From Octopus sinensis (Eukaryota), in contig NC_042997.1 of NCBI RefSeq assembly GCF_006345805.1, positions 44,578,001 through 44,642,000 of the forward strand: a stretch of 64,000 nt of DNA, in the 5' to 3' direction. Positions within the stretch are counted from its first letter, which is position 1. Each line of letters begins with the position of its first letter. The position numbers and the translations under genes are program-made. The notes under the pieces are model-generated. The model was not told the DNA's origin, ran no database searches, and saw only the letters and a list, made by a program, of their open reading frames with translations. Below are positions 50,999 to 64,000 of this stretch, piece after piece.

Positions 50999-52157
50999 TA
51001 TGTGCCACTTCTACTTGGTCAAAGTAGCTTGTTTGGCGACTACAAAAAAAAATGAATATTATTTTCTTGTGCTATAACCTTGTTTGTTTGTTTTGGGGTT
51101 TATATGTTTTAGAGCAATTAAGAATTGTGTTGTTGAATTTGTTTTTATGGTATTTTTAACGAGTGTTTTGCAATTATATGAGATTTGTTTCAAATTTATG
51201 TTGTTCTTGTTGACATCTAAAATGACAGCCATGAAAATAAACAAGAAGTACCAAAAAAAAAAAAAACTAAATTTAATACTCTCTCATCTTAATAACACAC
51301 ACAAAAAAAAATCTTAATTACACCAAAAATATATTCCTGATGATAAACCAGCTGGCCACATGCAACATAACTCAATAATAAACAAAAATCTTCCACAGCC
51401 ACCATTAACTAAGTGATGCTAACTACAGTTTGTGACATGCTATTTTCAAAGACTGCTATGATGAAGTTTCTTAAGTAACTAATTTTCAGTTGAAGACCTA
51501 ATTAAATATTATTAAAGACTAGAATTTTATTGACCAGCAACTTTTGTTTTATACTAGTTTTAATCACAGGAAAATTAATGCCATCATAAAATATATTTGT
51601 GAGTGATGAATTATTTATGTCTGCAGCAGGTTAAAAGTAGATAATCTTTCTCAAGAAGATTGAATGGTAGCTTTTCATTATAAAATTGTTAATAGAAACC
51701 TCATTGTGAAATTAATATCATAAACTAGCTGACCTTAAGAAGTGACATGTAGGAAGTGAAAGTTTTTTTATCGATTGAATACTTCTATTCATTAATGCGT
51801 TCATTATTGAAGACTTTATTATCGCCTAAAAAATGTAAATTCCTTAATTTTAAAAAAATTATCTCTTTGAATTTTTTTTATTGATATCGAATAATATCAA
51901 TCATAATAAAGTCATTGAATTTCAGTTTATAAAAAAATGTTCTTGACTCAGTCTCACTGTATGGCATCTTGGGCAATTGTCTTCTACTATAGCCCCAGGT
52001 CAACTAAAGTCTTGTGAGTGGACTTGGTAGACGGAAACAAAAAGAAACCTGTTGTATATATGCAAGGTATGCATTATTGCCTCCTTGACTTCATGTGATA
52101 GTTTTGAATAGATGTCACCATCATGCAAGTAGTGTCCTTCTCCAATCATCTGTTTAA

Positions 52158-52381
52158 CCCTTCCGTTACCAACCCGGCTGAAACCAGCTCTGACTCTAAG
52201 TACAAATGTTTTGTTTTTCATATAAGTTTTAAATTAAGATCTTCCACCAAACCTTAGACACAATTTATGTTCCTAACACTAGCTTAATGATAACTAAGTT
52301 ATTTTACTAAATTCTTTGTTATATTTAAAATTAATTGAAAGAAACACAAAGTATCTCAAAATAAAGACAGTAATGAAAGGG
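52158..52381 (-). mobile_element. piggyBac-type MITE E inserted in a SINE G relic
   Basis: TIRs, TTAA TSD. Confidence 0.85.
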
Positions 52382-52749
52382 TTAAAACATGTCTGTCTGT
52401 GGGGAATGTTACCTTGCTTGAAAACAGAAGGGAATTCAGCTGTAGAAAATCGATCTCAGCAAATTCCATTCAACCCATGCGAGCATAGAAAAGAGGATGC
52501 TGAGTGATGATGATTCAACCTGAAATTAAGTGGTGCCTGTGCAGGTATTGGTTTTAGTTATTAACAGCAACACCATTACAAAACTTGGATTATTTTCTCT
52601 AAATTATATTTGTAGGAGATACCCTGTACGGTAAAATGTTTGTTTGTATTAAAGAACATATGCTTAAAAGTGAAAGCATTATGACCCTTCAAACTCCCAC
52701 TTTTCTTGCGTGCTGATTCTTTAAGTCTGCTTCACAATTAATTTAATTA

Positions 52750-53180
52750 TCTCTTATTATAAAAGGCAGATTTTATCTGCCTCCCTTTGGGAGTTATAGA
52801 AATCTACAATATAGGATTTCTTCAATTACAATTTACCTAGCATTTTTAAGAGTACAATGCATCGCGTCATGCCAGGTCCAGTTTTTAAAATTTAAACTCC
52901 AATTAAGCAAAATTTACAGAAAACTCACATTCTGGTGTGTGTGTCAAATGCTTTTCTTAGTCTGGTTTACACCACACGCAAACGCACACACACAGTGTGC
53001 AACGAATAAAATGAAAGTAAATAGCGACAGTGATTTGAGGAAGACTAAACTGAAAGTATTCTGTCTATGACGCTGATAGATACATGAGTAAAATGTATGG
53101 GGAGCTAAGAGTGAGTGAAAATGTTCTTGGAAGAGAGTAAATAGCGAGAGAGAGAGAGTGATTTGAGGAAGACTTTACAT
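52750..53180 (+). mobile_element. Possible 5' part of a second Helitron-like family
   Basis: A^TCTCTTATTATAAAAG start and an internal direct repeat (gtgatttgaggaagact twice); no 3' CTAG end found. Confidence 0.3.
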
Positions 53181-53219
53181 TAAATAACCGTAGTGGCTTG
53201 TGTTAGTAATAAAGTAAAC

Positions 53220-53229
53220 ATACACTCAT

Positions 53230-53262
<33 letters not shown>

Positions 53263-53483
53263 TACACACACATACATACACACACACATACATACATACA
53301 CACATACATACATACATATACATACATACATACATATACATACATACATACACACACACACATACACACACACACAGTATTGAAGCTTGAGAACAATCAG
53401 ATACATTTGCAACACATCTGTTGAAAATATTATTGTTCACACACATACATATACATATATACATACAGACAGACAGACAGATA

Positions 53484-53515
<32 letters not shown>
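53220..53515. repeat. (CATA)n/(CA)n/(CAGA)n compound microsatellites
   Basis: Direct reading. Confidence 0.9.
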
Positions 53516-53517
<2 letters not shown>

Positions 53518-53569
53518 ATCCAGCATGGCCACAACCTCAAGGCTGAAACATATAAAAGAATAACAGAAT

Positions 53570-53935
53570 ATAAATGTGTGCAAAGTACAAGAAATATTAA
53601 TGCAGTATATGGGGATTGGACAATAAGCGTAAGGCAGTGTCAATGGTGGTTCCAGAAATCCCGAGCCATAAACTACAGCCTAGAAGACGAGCCTCATCCT
53701 GAAAGATCTGTAGAACTCGACAAGGACATCCTGAAAACCCTGGTGGAACAAAATATCATCGTAACTGTTGAGGAACTAGCAGAGAAGCTTGGATTTGGTC
53801 ATTCAACCATTCATTGACACCTGTGTGCTATCGGAAAAGTCAGCAAATTGGGTCAATGGGTTCCTCACGAACTTTCCGAGTCTAATTGCATGCAGAGAGT
53901 GAATGTATGCTTTTCTTTGCTGTCACATCTCACCA
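53570..53935 (+). mobile_element. Mariner transposase fragment (second subfamily)
   Basis: NINAVYGDWTISVRQCQWWFQK...VEELAEKLGFGHSTIH*HL..GKVSKLGQWVPHELS (WVPHEL motif). Confidence 0.85.
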
Positions 53936-53952
53936 CTACTGCGCTATGTATA

Positions 53953-54589
53953 TCTATATATATAAAACTGTAGTTGTGTGAGTGTCTGTCCCCTTCGATT
54001 TAGATTCCTAACTACTCCCACATTTTGCGGTGCAGTTTAACCAAATTCGGGTAGCTTATAGTCGTGATTCATATCGAGCCCGTCTGAATATTAGCGCGCG
54101 TCTACGATGAGTCTACGATTTAAAAATAATTTAACATCATTTTTTATTCCATTTTTAATGCATAATTTTTCGTGTGTCGATGGCGGCGGAGTTGGCGTCC
54201 ACGCTCACACCTGCACCTGTGGGGAAGGGAGTGTAAGGAAATCAACGTCGGAATGCGTTGTCAAGGAGACCAGTGTTCTTTAAGAACAACGACTTCATGG
54301 CTTGAAGACACCAAAACAGAAATGGCTAAGAAAGCGTCTACATGAGTCTACGATTTAAAAAAAAAATTACCATCGTTTTTTTTCCATTTTAATGCATTTT
54401 TTCGCTATTATATAAGGGAAGTAACTCTCTAAAAATGTCTACGATGAGTCAACGATTTTTAAAAGAATTTACCATCATATTTTTTCCATTTTTAATGCAT
54501 TTTTTGCTATTTTTTGGCTATAACTCTCTAAAAATGCTTATATAGTTATTTCCCTTACAAACCCAAGCAACGCCGGGCGATACTGCTAG
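53953..54589 (+). mobile_element. Non-autonomous Helitron H3, longer variant
   Basis: A^TCTATATATATAAAA...gcaacgccgggcgatactgCTAG^T; extra GC-rich segment ~54165-54335. Confidence 0.8.
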
Positions 54590-54615
54590 TAACATATATA
54601 ATCAATTATATTTAA

Positions 54616-55701
54616 CCCTTTCGTTACTATATTTCTGACCAAAATACACCCCTTATGTGTTTCAATTAATTTCTAACATAATCATAAATTTAGTCTGGTT
54701 TCATTAAACAACTATAACTTTTTTATTTATCAATATATTAATGTGATTTTTGGAAGATAATTTAATGAAATGTTCTCAACCAATTCTTATACTATAATTT
54801 TTGTCACAAAGTGACTCTAATTGCAGGTAGATACAGGTAAATTCAACAAAATATAAAATTATTAAAATTTTGTTCAAACATCGCCATAGAAAATGGGTTA
54901 TTAGCTAATATTCAATTGGGTATACAACAAAATTTTACGATTGAATTTGTTATTCTGGGTAGCTTTCTGATAACCATAATAATATTTATGGCAAAATAGG
55001 CCTTAATTTCATTTAAGGTTGTGGGAAACCACTAACTATCCTTTCTTTCGCTTTGTTTACATTTAGCGTAACGGTTCGTTTCCGCCGTAATGATTTCAAA
55101 TAGGCTCATTTGAAAAAGTAAATAGAAATAGTCTAAGGCTTTACTCTCCTGGGAAAGACTGGCTTGGTTCAGTTTCTTCAGAAAAATCACCGAAAGAAAC
55201 AGTTTTTAAATTTTCACTCCATTCAGGTGCCAATTCATTTTCTTTATCGCTGTCGGAGTTCTCGGATTCACTGTTTTCACTTTCAGAAAATGAAACATCG
55301 GATTCATTATCAAATACCTCGTGCTTTTTTTTTCAGTCATAGAGTTAGATTTATCAAGGTCTTCAGTAGAAAAGCCTTCGAATTCTGACTCGCTGCTTGA
55401 TATAATGAAATTCATATCCATTTTTTGTCAGAATTACAAATTTTGAAAACACAATAGGAACAAATTTCGGAAAAAAATCTCCCAAAATTCATGGAATTAA
55501 AATTACACTTCGATCATTGTACAAAACTGTAGATGAACTGTTTACGAAGTATAATCACATGTTTTCACAAATGTACTAAAGAGATTTGCTCTGATATTCT
55601 CATTTAAATATGAATAGGTAAATACGGGCGGGTTTGGGCGGTTTGGTCACATTAACCAAAATTTTTTTCAGGCGGCTTTGGGCAGTTTGGTAACGAAAGG
55701 G
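54616..55701 (-). mobile_element. Deleted piggyBac-type element (1086 bp) sharing TIRs with MITE E
   Basis: TTAA-CCCTTTCGTTAC...GTAACGAAAGGG-TTAA; minus ORF MDMNFIISSSESEFEGFSTEDL (55421-55206) resembles acidic piggyBac N-termini. Confidence 0.75.
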
Positions 55702-57039
55702 TTAAACCAACCATATCCGGCCCAAATATTCTTCTTGTTTTATGCTCAGACTAGCAGGATCTGGCCTCTCACACCTATGCTACAATGTTATTATAAAGAT
55801 AAACACTCACATCACCAAAATCTGCAACATAATGTATAATGATAACTAGATATTAATTTGATAGAAAAATTTGAATGCCAAAGGAATAAATCAGTATTAA
55901 AAGAAACTTCCCTCTATTTATTTCAAATTGCATTCAAGTGAATGTTATTTCTAATTTCTTTGAGACACAAATTGCTTCATTTAGTAAAAAGCCTTTTTTT
56001 CTCTTTTTTTTGGTTAAATATAAACAGGAATATTGAGGTTTAGCATCATGACAAAATAAGTGAAAAAAAGATATCATCAATACACATTGATATTTGTAAT
56101 ATGGAGTTCTTCCATCCATTGATAATGAGCAGTTATTAATGTGTTCATTATGGTAAGGGGAAACTCTCTCAAACATGGGAAATGAAAACATCAAGGATGA
56201 ATAAGTGATCCTTTAAAAACAAAGTCACATAAAGATTTTAAAAAAAAGTTGGGTTCTTTTGTAAATAAATTTTAAAATCAATCTGCAGCAAAGGAGTTCA
56301 TTGTAAAACAAAGTAGTCAATTAGAGAAAGGAGTAATTGTAACTTACAAAATTTCAGAATTAATTGCTAAATGTAGAAAGCCATATACTAATTATTATGT
56401 TGGGTCCTGATAGAAGTAATATAACGTCACTAATTCATCTCAGCAATAGATCAATATCAATAGAAATTGATGAGCTGACAGAAATGGAAACTGTCTGTGA
56501 TATTTTTATATTTATTTTGAAAATTTTTAGTGAGTACAAGAAATCCCTTTGAGGAATCTGGTGCAGACTTGGTAACACTTGACAATAAAAGGGTTAGTAA
56601 TGAATCTGTTGCAGTCCCTGTCCATATTTTAGAATCCTAGGGACAAAAACAATATAATTTCTTGAAAGAAGAGCTTGAGAATCATGATATTCTAAGCTGT
56701 TGCCTTTTCCATGAACAGAAGCGTCAATGGAAGACGGGAACCTGAGAAAAACTACAGCATCACAAGCTTGTATATACAGACTTGTATAGACAATCATTTG
56801 TTGAACTGGATGGCCATGGTGGAAATCTGGAGAAAGTTTTTATCCTGATTCTTCTGTACTTACCACCACTCTTTTCTGAAGGATCTTTCAACACTTGAAT
56901 CATTTGTTTTGCATGAATTATAAAAAACTTATGACTGAACTGAAAGTGAGACGTTAGTGACACCAGATACTTATCAGTTCCTTATTTATTGGCTGTGGAG
57001 CACTGATTGCTTGAAAACAGTAAGCAAGCTCAGGGAAAG

Positions 57040-57745
57040 TCCAAGTTGTCATTGCAATACCTGCTCAGAAGCCTGCGCAAAGTTGCAGAAAGTGTATGGG
57101 AAGGAGTGTATGAGCCACATACAAAAAAAGTGTGCAAATGGTTCAGATGTTTCCAAGTTGGCCGAAAAATATATTGATAGTGATGAACATTCTGGGAGAC
57201 CTGCAACCAGTAGAACTGAGAAAAACATTGCAGATGTGCATGCAGCTGTGAGGGGAGATCGTTGAATCACTATCTATGAGTTATCAGAGGATGTGCAGAT
57301 TAGTTACGGTTCAGTTCAGTCCATTATCACTGAAGATTTGGGTATGAGACATGTGTCTGCCAAGTTTGTGCCAAAACTGCTTTCAGCTGACCAAAAAGAC
57401 ACCCGGGTTTCAGTTGCACAAGATCTCCTTCATTGTGTTGAGAATGATAAAAACTTTTTGAAAACTTTGCATAGGCCTTTGAACAGGTATCACCAAGCTT
57501 TTGGCAAAATTTGATGCAGATTCTCTGCTCGGCTTTCTCTATCATGGTCAATGCAACGATCACACGCTACACATGTTACTTCCAAGTACTGCTGTAAACA
57601 GCAGAAGTCAGCTAGAATGTTAAAACTTAGTGTGTGTGTGTGTGCACAACAGAGTTCAAAGTCAATCTGTGCCTAGCAGCTTCACTCTACATGCTGTAGC
57701 TCCGTTACTATGGCAACAGTCTGAATATTTATTGATCAGAGCACA
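57040..57745. mobile_element. Mariner-derived non-autonomous element (copy 2)
   Basis: Same architecture, same inversion junction (AACTTTG) and same left-arm deletion as 26306-27060; end at 57745 followed by TA. Confidence 0.8.
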
Positions 57746-58016
57746 TATCTTATGGAAATACAGTTTCAAAATGATGAATCTGTCCATAAAGCTCTGAATG
57801 TTCAGCTATTCAATGCTAGAAATAGTACACCAATAGATCAGTGCAGTCATGAAGGGGTAGTTACCGCTTTTCCAGAACGCTTTGATCATGCCTTCTAGTA
57901 TTCATCTGTTGTGGTGGTTCACACCCAGGACACAAAAATTGTATTACTTTTGTAGAATTTCTGTACTTTACTGTCCTGATGTAATCACATTGTGAATGAT
58001 TAAAATGCACACACAC

Positions 58017-58052
<36 letters not shown>

Positions 58053-59009
58053 GTGTGTAGGGAAGTAAGGAGCATTGTACACAGATAGTGAAATAATAAG
58101 GTAGTGTACAGTCAGTGAATGTGACAGATAGATAAATAGATAGGCTGAGTGAGGGTCTCTTTCTGGTCCCTTGATGTGCTAGCAAATATGTATGTATATT
58201 GCCGTCATTGTTGTCATCATTATATGTCTATTTTTCCTATGCTGGTTTACACAGGTCATCAGAGACAATTTGTTCTTATTCAGAGTAATTTCCCTCCTCA
58301 GGTTCCATTTTTAGCACTTTTTTTCTCTGGCACGATGCCCTTCATGTTGCCAACCACTTAATAAAGCATACTGAATGCATGGACTTTATCATGGCCTCAA
58401 TACTAGAGAGATTAAATATCCCTCTTGATTCTACATTTTTCCCATTTGTTCACCAACAAAAGAGAGTTGCTTTGATTCTGATTGAGAGAAGAGTGTGATG
58501 AAAGAGCTCAAGAGTGAGAAGGATGTGTGTGAGAGAGAGGACCAGAGTGAAAGGTGCTCTAAAGAGTGGGGTGAAGAGGAAGAGTGATAAACAGCTACGT
58601 GATAGTTGCTGGTAAGGAGTTTGAGTAAAAAAACGGCTGAGAGATTTCAGTGGAGGATGAGGGAGAGTGCATGGGACAGAGTGATATAAGTGGGAGTACT
58701 GGAAGTGAGAGTATAATGGCAGAAAGAATGTTCCAGCATGGAGAGAGATAGTGTGAGGAGTGTAATAGTGATTATGGAGAGGAATGGATGTTAATGAGTA
58801 GTTGGAGAGAGAGAGGGGTGAAGATGGGTGGTGGTCACTGACTAGGAATGATGGATGTTTATCTATGTGTCAGTGATGACACTGTCCAATGTGTCCTTTA
58901 TTTCAGATGGCAGAGTGTGTTTTGGTTGCTATTTCAAGCAGGTTAAGCAATCATTTTATATTTGAAAGATGCAGATAAGGGTATGTGTTGAAGAAGCTTG
59001 ATTACTTGT

Positions 59010-59285
59010 GCAGCACCTTGGCTTCTAAAGCCCTGGGCTAGCTCATACCACGTGAATGAATTTACCAGACAGAAACTGTGGAAGCCTATTGTGTGTGTGT
59101 GTGTGCTTGTCTGTCCCACCCCCTCACCCTTGACACCCAGTGTTGCTCTTTTTTCATTCCTCTAACTTAGCAGTTCAGAAAGAGTATAAAGGATTTTAGT
59201 ACCAAATTCGTTTGGCAAAAACCCTTTGAGGCAGTGCCCCCTGCTTTGCTGCAGTGCCAATGACTGGAACAAGTAGAAGAAGAAT
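59010..59285 (+). mobile_element. Degenerate SINE B
   Basis: Recognisable core and tail. Confidence 0.55.
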
Positions 59286-59658
59286 AAAAGTGTGTGCGTG
59301 TGTGTGTGTGTGTGTGCGTGCACATGTATACATATGCACACACTCACATACATGATTCTTATGATGCTGTAACTGGCCTGGTGATGATATTGATAACGAT
59401 GTTGCTCTTACTGCATTGACACACTTGTAAACAAATGTCTTTATCTTTCTCTTTATGGAGACAACTATACAAATCCCAGTGTCAGATCTGAAATCTTTTA
59501 AGGCTACATGTTTTCCTTAATCTTTGTGTATTCATTTTCACACTTGTTATTTTGATTTTTCTGTCTAGAAAGATTTTTGTTATTTTTTCTTCCTTAATTT
59601 CAACTGTTTGACTGTAATTGTTTTGATATATTGTTAATGAAATTGTATATCGTTTCAG

Positions 59659-60229
59659 GTGAAGCAAATTATTGGCCGTAGGACACGGAGGATTAGTGGC
59701 AAATATCATTTAGAATATCTCATTCGGTGGAAAGGCTTTGGTCACAAAGGAGACACATGGGAGCCAGTCAGTAACCTGAAGTCTTGTCAAGTGTTGGTGC
59801 GCAAATATGAACGGCAACATGGCAAAATATCACTTAGGAATACATCTGCCTGTAAAATATTAAAAAATGCTATCAAGTCTAAAAAGACACCTAATTCTAA
59901 GAAAGTTTCTCCTGATAGCAAGAGCAGGACTAGTGTAAATGTGAAAAGAGAAAACGGTGTGAGTGATGAGTGTACAGAATGTGACAGTGACGATGATCTA
60001 TTATATTCACTTGTCTCAAAACCAACAAAACCAAAAAAAAAGATTGAACCGAAAACTGTTAAAAAAGTGCCAAAGGCAACGAGTAAGAACTTTGAAACAA
60101 ACGCCAGCTGCTCCAAAGTGCCATTGACTGTGTTAGCAAGCAAAACCACAACTCCTTGTACCACCAAAAAAAAAGGGATGAAGAGAATGAAGTTACTGGA
60201 TAGTGTAAAGAAAAATGAATCAAAAGCAG
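59659..60229 (+). CDS. Internal coding exon: chromodomain plus basic/Ser-rich linker (CDYL- or MPP8-like chromatin reader)
   Basis: Acceptor tttcag|GTG at 59658/59659, with an in-frame TGA just upstream (59638-59640). Translation VKQIIGRRTRRISGKYHLEYLIRWKGFGHKGDTWEPVSNLKSCQVLV matches the chromodomain pattern EYLxxWKG[FY]xxxxxTWEP. Donor GCAG|gtaaga at 60229/60230; 571 nt, phase 0 to phase 1. Other exons not located. Confidence 0.85.
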
Positions 60230-61011
60230 GTAAGATTGATATTTCTTTTTTTGTTTCTCTATTTTATAAAAGGATGGTTTATTTTTATTTTAGATACGTT
60301 CTTGCCTGACAAGTGATTTGGTTCTGAGACTGTGTATTGGGACTAAAACAATTACATCATGGAAGACACGTATATGTTAGCCAACTTCACTTCAGTTGCA
60401 GTAGAGTCCTGTCTGTGACTAGATTGCAATTTGATGCAATGAAAAATTTGATACTAAATAATAAATGTTTAAATTGACAGTTTTTGCATTTATTTTCCAT
60501 TCTGTAATGATCCATTTTTAGTTTTCTAAACCATTTTTTGCTTTTCATTTAACTGTGTTTCGTGCTCTAAATTTACTCCCTGTTGAAAAGCTGTTCTATT
60601 AAAAAAAAAAAACCAATGCAAAAAAAAAAAAAAAAAAGACTCTAATTCATGAATCCTTTATTACACGAAATAATAGAAATGATAAACCAAATGCTCTACA
60701 TAACGAACTCTTTTAATTTGGCCCTTTGCCTACCAGGTAATAAAATTTTATGATTTACTGGCTTTGATCCAATTGATTGCACACCCTCTCCTACAGAAAT
60801 TACCCTGATGTGAAATAGGTTAAATAGGTCTGTGCAATGAAGTTAATCAAATACTTTACATTAGGTACTTAGGTACATTTAGTTACACCTTGAATTCAGC
60901 TAGCACTAGTGTTGAGAAAATAGGCACTATTAAGTCATGGGGTGGGGCGATTTGATTAACTACATCCCAATCCCAACACATTATATATCTGTATACATAC
61001 ATAATTACACT

Positions 61012-61063
<52 letters not shown>

Positions 61064-61137
61064 TCTACATAACATACGTGAAGGTTCGTTGAAGATTACT
61101 CTTCAAATTCTTAAATACTAACATGAAATGATGAGGA

Positions 61138-61340
61138 AGTCATCATCATCATCATCATCATCATTGTTTAACGTCTGCTTTCCATGCTGGCATGGGTTGG
61201 ATGGTTTGACTGGGGACTGATGAACCAGATGGCTGCACCAGACTCCAATCTGATCTGGCAGAGTTTCTACAGCTGGATGCCCTTCCTAACGCCAACGTGC
61301 TTTTACGTGCCACTGGCATGAGGGCCAGTCGGGCGGTATC
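61138..61340 (-). mobile_element. Element C, diverged
   Basis: Family motif and tail. Confidence 0.75.
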
Positions 61341-62923
61341 AAACACACATGCATGAATGTAGGATATCCAAACAGGAAAAGTACTCAATACTTGGAGTAG
61401 AGTGTATTTATTTGTTCAAGATTTACTTAGCTGCTGTTTAGTTTCTCACTTCATGCAATGCAATCCTTTGGGCAAAAATGCATGTAGGGACTTGTTTCGG
61501 GATTTATGGAATAAAGGCACAGTAGAATTCTATATTATTTTATTCTCATTGATCAGATAATGAGATAGATACCCAGCAACATTCAGAGATGCTGGAGAGA
61601 AATTTCTGTGGAAATGGACAATCTGTCAGTTACTTGTAGCTGGAGTGGGTTTGGGTTAGATGTTACTATTAAAGAGACAGTAGTGGTTAATTGTTCAGTG
61701 TGGTATTGTAGAGTGAAGATTTACTACTGTATAATGGTATCATGTCATGGTGAAGATTGTTATTAGGGTTTACTCACTTCATTCCTGTTAGAAATTTTAA
61801 ATTTTGATTATTTCCATATAAATTATAATGCTGAAAATTCATTCAAAACTTGAAATTTTACTTACCAAAATATGCTGCAATCTCATTTTATTCTTCAACT
61901 GGTCTTAGCCTTTGGACTGTGGTCATGCTTTCAAAGAATTTTTTGTCAATCCGTTTGAGGTCTGGTACTTATTTTATTGTTATATAATAATTGAGTTGCT
62001 AAGTTATGTATTTGACAAAGGGACAACTCAACAACAATAAACCTAAACTCAGACATGGATACACACATATATTTATACCAGGGATGGGGAACCCTACGTC
62101 TGCAGGCGCAATTGTACCAGCTAGCCCATTTTATTGTGCCCACTTGCTGATATACTCATATGCACAAATTATAGCAAATTTTTCAATCATGAAATTTGTA
62201 CAATATTTGTATGCCTATTTGCAACATAGGTCATGTTTCTACTATGATTTAAAATGGTCAGACTCAAACAAAAATCCTCTGATAATTGCCATTTGAATGG
62301 AAATTTAGTTTTCACTATAAAACACATATTGCTAGGTTTGTACCATCCCCTTGAGACGCGAAAAATATAGAATACCTCATAAGTAATATAGGCGTCCTAA
62401 ATTCAGTGATATTTGTCCAGGGTGTTATGTAGCTGAATTGTCCTTGAATTACATGGTTACAAAGCAAACTAACTACAATTGCTATGTCTCCACTATTCAT
62501 AACCGCCAGGTTGTACTGGTATCTACGTAAGGTGATTTTAAAATATTTTGCATCTGTTGGAGCAGATAATTATTAATGTTTTTAAAGCGTAAAATTTGAC
62601 ATTTCCAACCACTTGTCAAAGTGCATAGATAAGGTGTGTATATATTGTATGGTTCCTGCGGGCATGCGGGTGGAGTAATATTTAGAAAATCATTTGTTTT
62701 CAGAGTATTTGTAATTTGTGTTAGACTGTTCAAGCCAAGTGGGGTTTTTGTTCCCCTTTTTTTATCTTTTTTGAGCAGAAAGGTAAGATAATAAGAGAAT
62801 TGACAAGTGGCTCTAACATCCATGTTTTAGGAGAATCAAGAGGGCACAATAGAGTGTAATTGGTGCTGAAGAAATAGGCTAACCAGGTCACACCTCATCT
62901 TATATATGTATGTATCATATATA

Positions 62924-63308
62924 GGTACTGGCATGGCTATGTGGTAAGAGGCTTGCTTCTCAACCACATGGTTCTCAGGTTCAATCCTACTTCATGGCAT
63001 CTTGGGCAAGTGTCTTCTACTATAGCCTTAGGCTGACCAGAGTCTTGTGAAAGGATCTGGCAGATGGAAACTGAAAGCAGCCCCTCGTGTGTGTGTGTGT
63101 TTATTTATTTGTGTCTGTGTTTGTCTCTCTCCGCTGCTTGGCAATCAGTGTTAGTGTGTTTATGTCTCTGTAATCTAGCAGTTTAGCAAAGGTGTCTGAT
63201 AGAATAAGTACCTAGCTTGAAAACTAGGTCCTGGGGTCGATTTCTTCCGCTGAAACTCTTCAAGGTGGTGCCCCAGCAATGGCTGCAGTCCAATGACCGA
63301 AACAAGTA
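62924..63308 (+). mobile_element. Diverged SINE B
   Basis: Head, core and tail present. Confidence 0.7.
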
Positions 63309-63334
63309 TGGGATAATGTTCTTTTTTTTTTTTT

Positions 63335-63660
63335 TAACTTGTTTCAGCCATTTGACTATGGTCATACTGGAGCACCATCTTAAAAGGTGTTAGTTGAAGA
63401 AATCGCCCCCAAGACTTGTTCTTTGTAAGCCTAGTACTTATTCTATTGGTCTCTTTTGCTGAACTGCTAAGCTACGGGGACATAAACACACCAGCATTGG
63501 TTGTTAAGCAATGGTGGGCGACAAACACAAGCACACAGACACAAATATATATATATATAAGGATATAGTAGAAGACACTTGCACAAGGTGCTATGCAGTG
63601 GGACTGAACCTGGAACCATGTGGTTGGGAAGCAAGCTGCTTACCACACAACCACACCTAT
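63335..63660 (-). mobile_element. SINE B, tail-to-tail with 62924-63308
   Basis: Reverse complement of B with a central deletion. Confidence 0.75.
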
Positions 63661-63927
63661 AGAAGAAAAGCTGTTAGAAGTCCATACAAATCCAAAATTA
63701 TAGTTAATACAAGTAGATAAAGTTGGAAAAGGCACAGAAATATATTTTAGAGAATGTTCAATAAAATATTACCAGTTTTGATGTATGAAATATTCAAATA
63801 TTTGATAAAATAGATACATCAAAACCAGTAATATTTTATTAAATATTCTCTGAAATATACTTCTGTGCCTTTTCCAACTTCATTTATGCTTTTTAACTAT
63901 GCATATATATATATATATATATATATA

Positions 63928-64000
63928 TCATCATCATCATCATCATCATTTAGCGTCCGTTTTCCATGCTAGCATGGGTTGAACGGTTCAACTGGGGTCT
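63928..64000 (-). mobile_element. Element C, cut by the window end
   Basis: (CAT)n tail then tttagcgtccgttttccatgctagc. Confidence 0.75.

Noticed and set aside
58440-58850. Purine-rich stretch
   Set aside because: Looks like decayed GA-rich low-complexity DNA; no ORF or defined unit.
58907-58941. tttcag|ATGGCAGAG... as the first coding exon of the chromodomain gene
   Set aside because: Weak donor (gttaag), phase mismatch from the ATG, and no [YF]-E end.

Overview
AT-rich eukaryotic DNA, dominated by transposons and microsatellites. The repeat families look like those of an octopus (coleoid cephalopod); this is inferred from repeat style, not from a search. Only one host coding exon is supportable: a chromodomain exon at 59659-60229 (+), CDYL/MPP8-like. 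The rest is a mosaic of: four tRNA-headed SINE families (labelled A, B, D, G here); an RTE-type (GAT)n-tailed element (C) with a ~60-bp hairpin minisatellite; RTE and CR1-group LINE relics; mariner relics; piggyBac-type MITEs with a 1.09-kb relative; and non-autonomous Helitrons. The most notable signal is Penelope-like (Naiad-type) retroelement biology. Two GIY-YIG-encoding elements each have an inverted pLTR (403-2100 and 44141-46742), and five sequence-unrelated minimal hammerhead-ribozyme motifs are readable by eye (near 1967, 3767, 12180, 28296 and 46602), several with variant cores. No tRNA/rRNA genes or CRISPR arrays are supported. Family letters are my own labels. Boundaries of degenerate copies are approximate.
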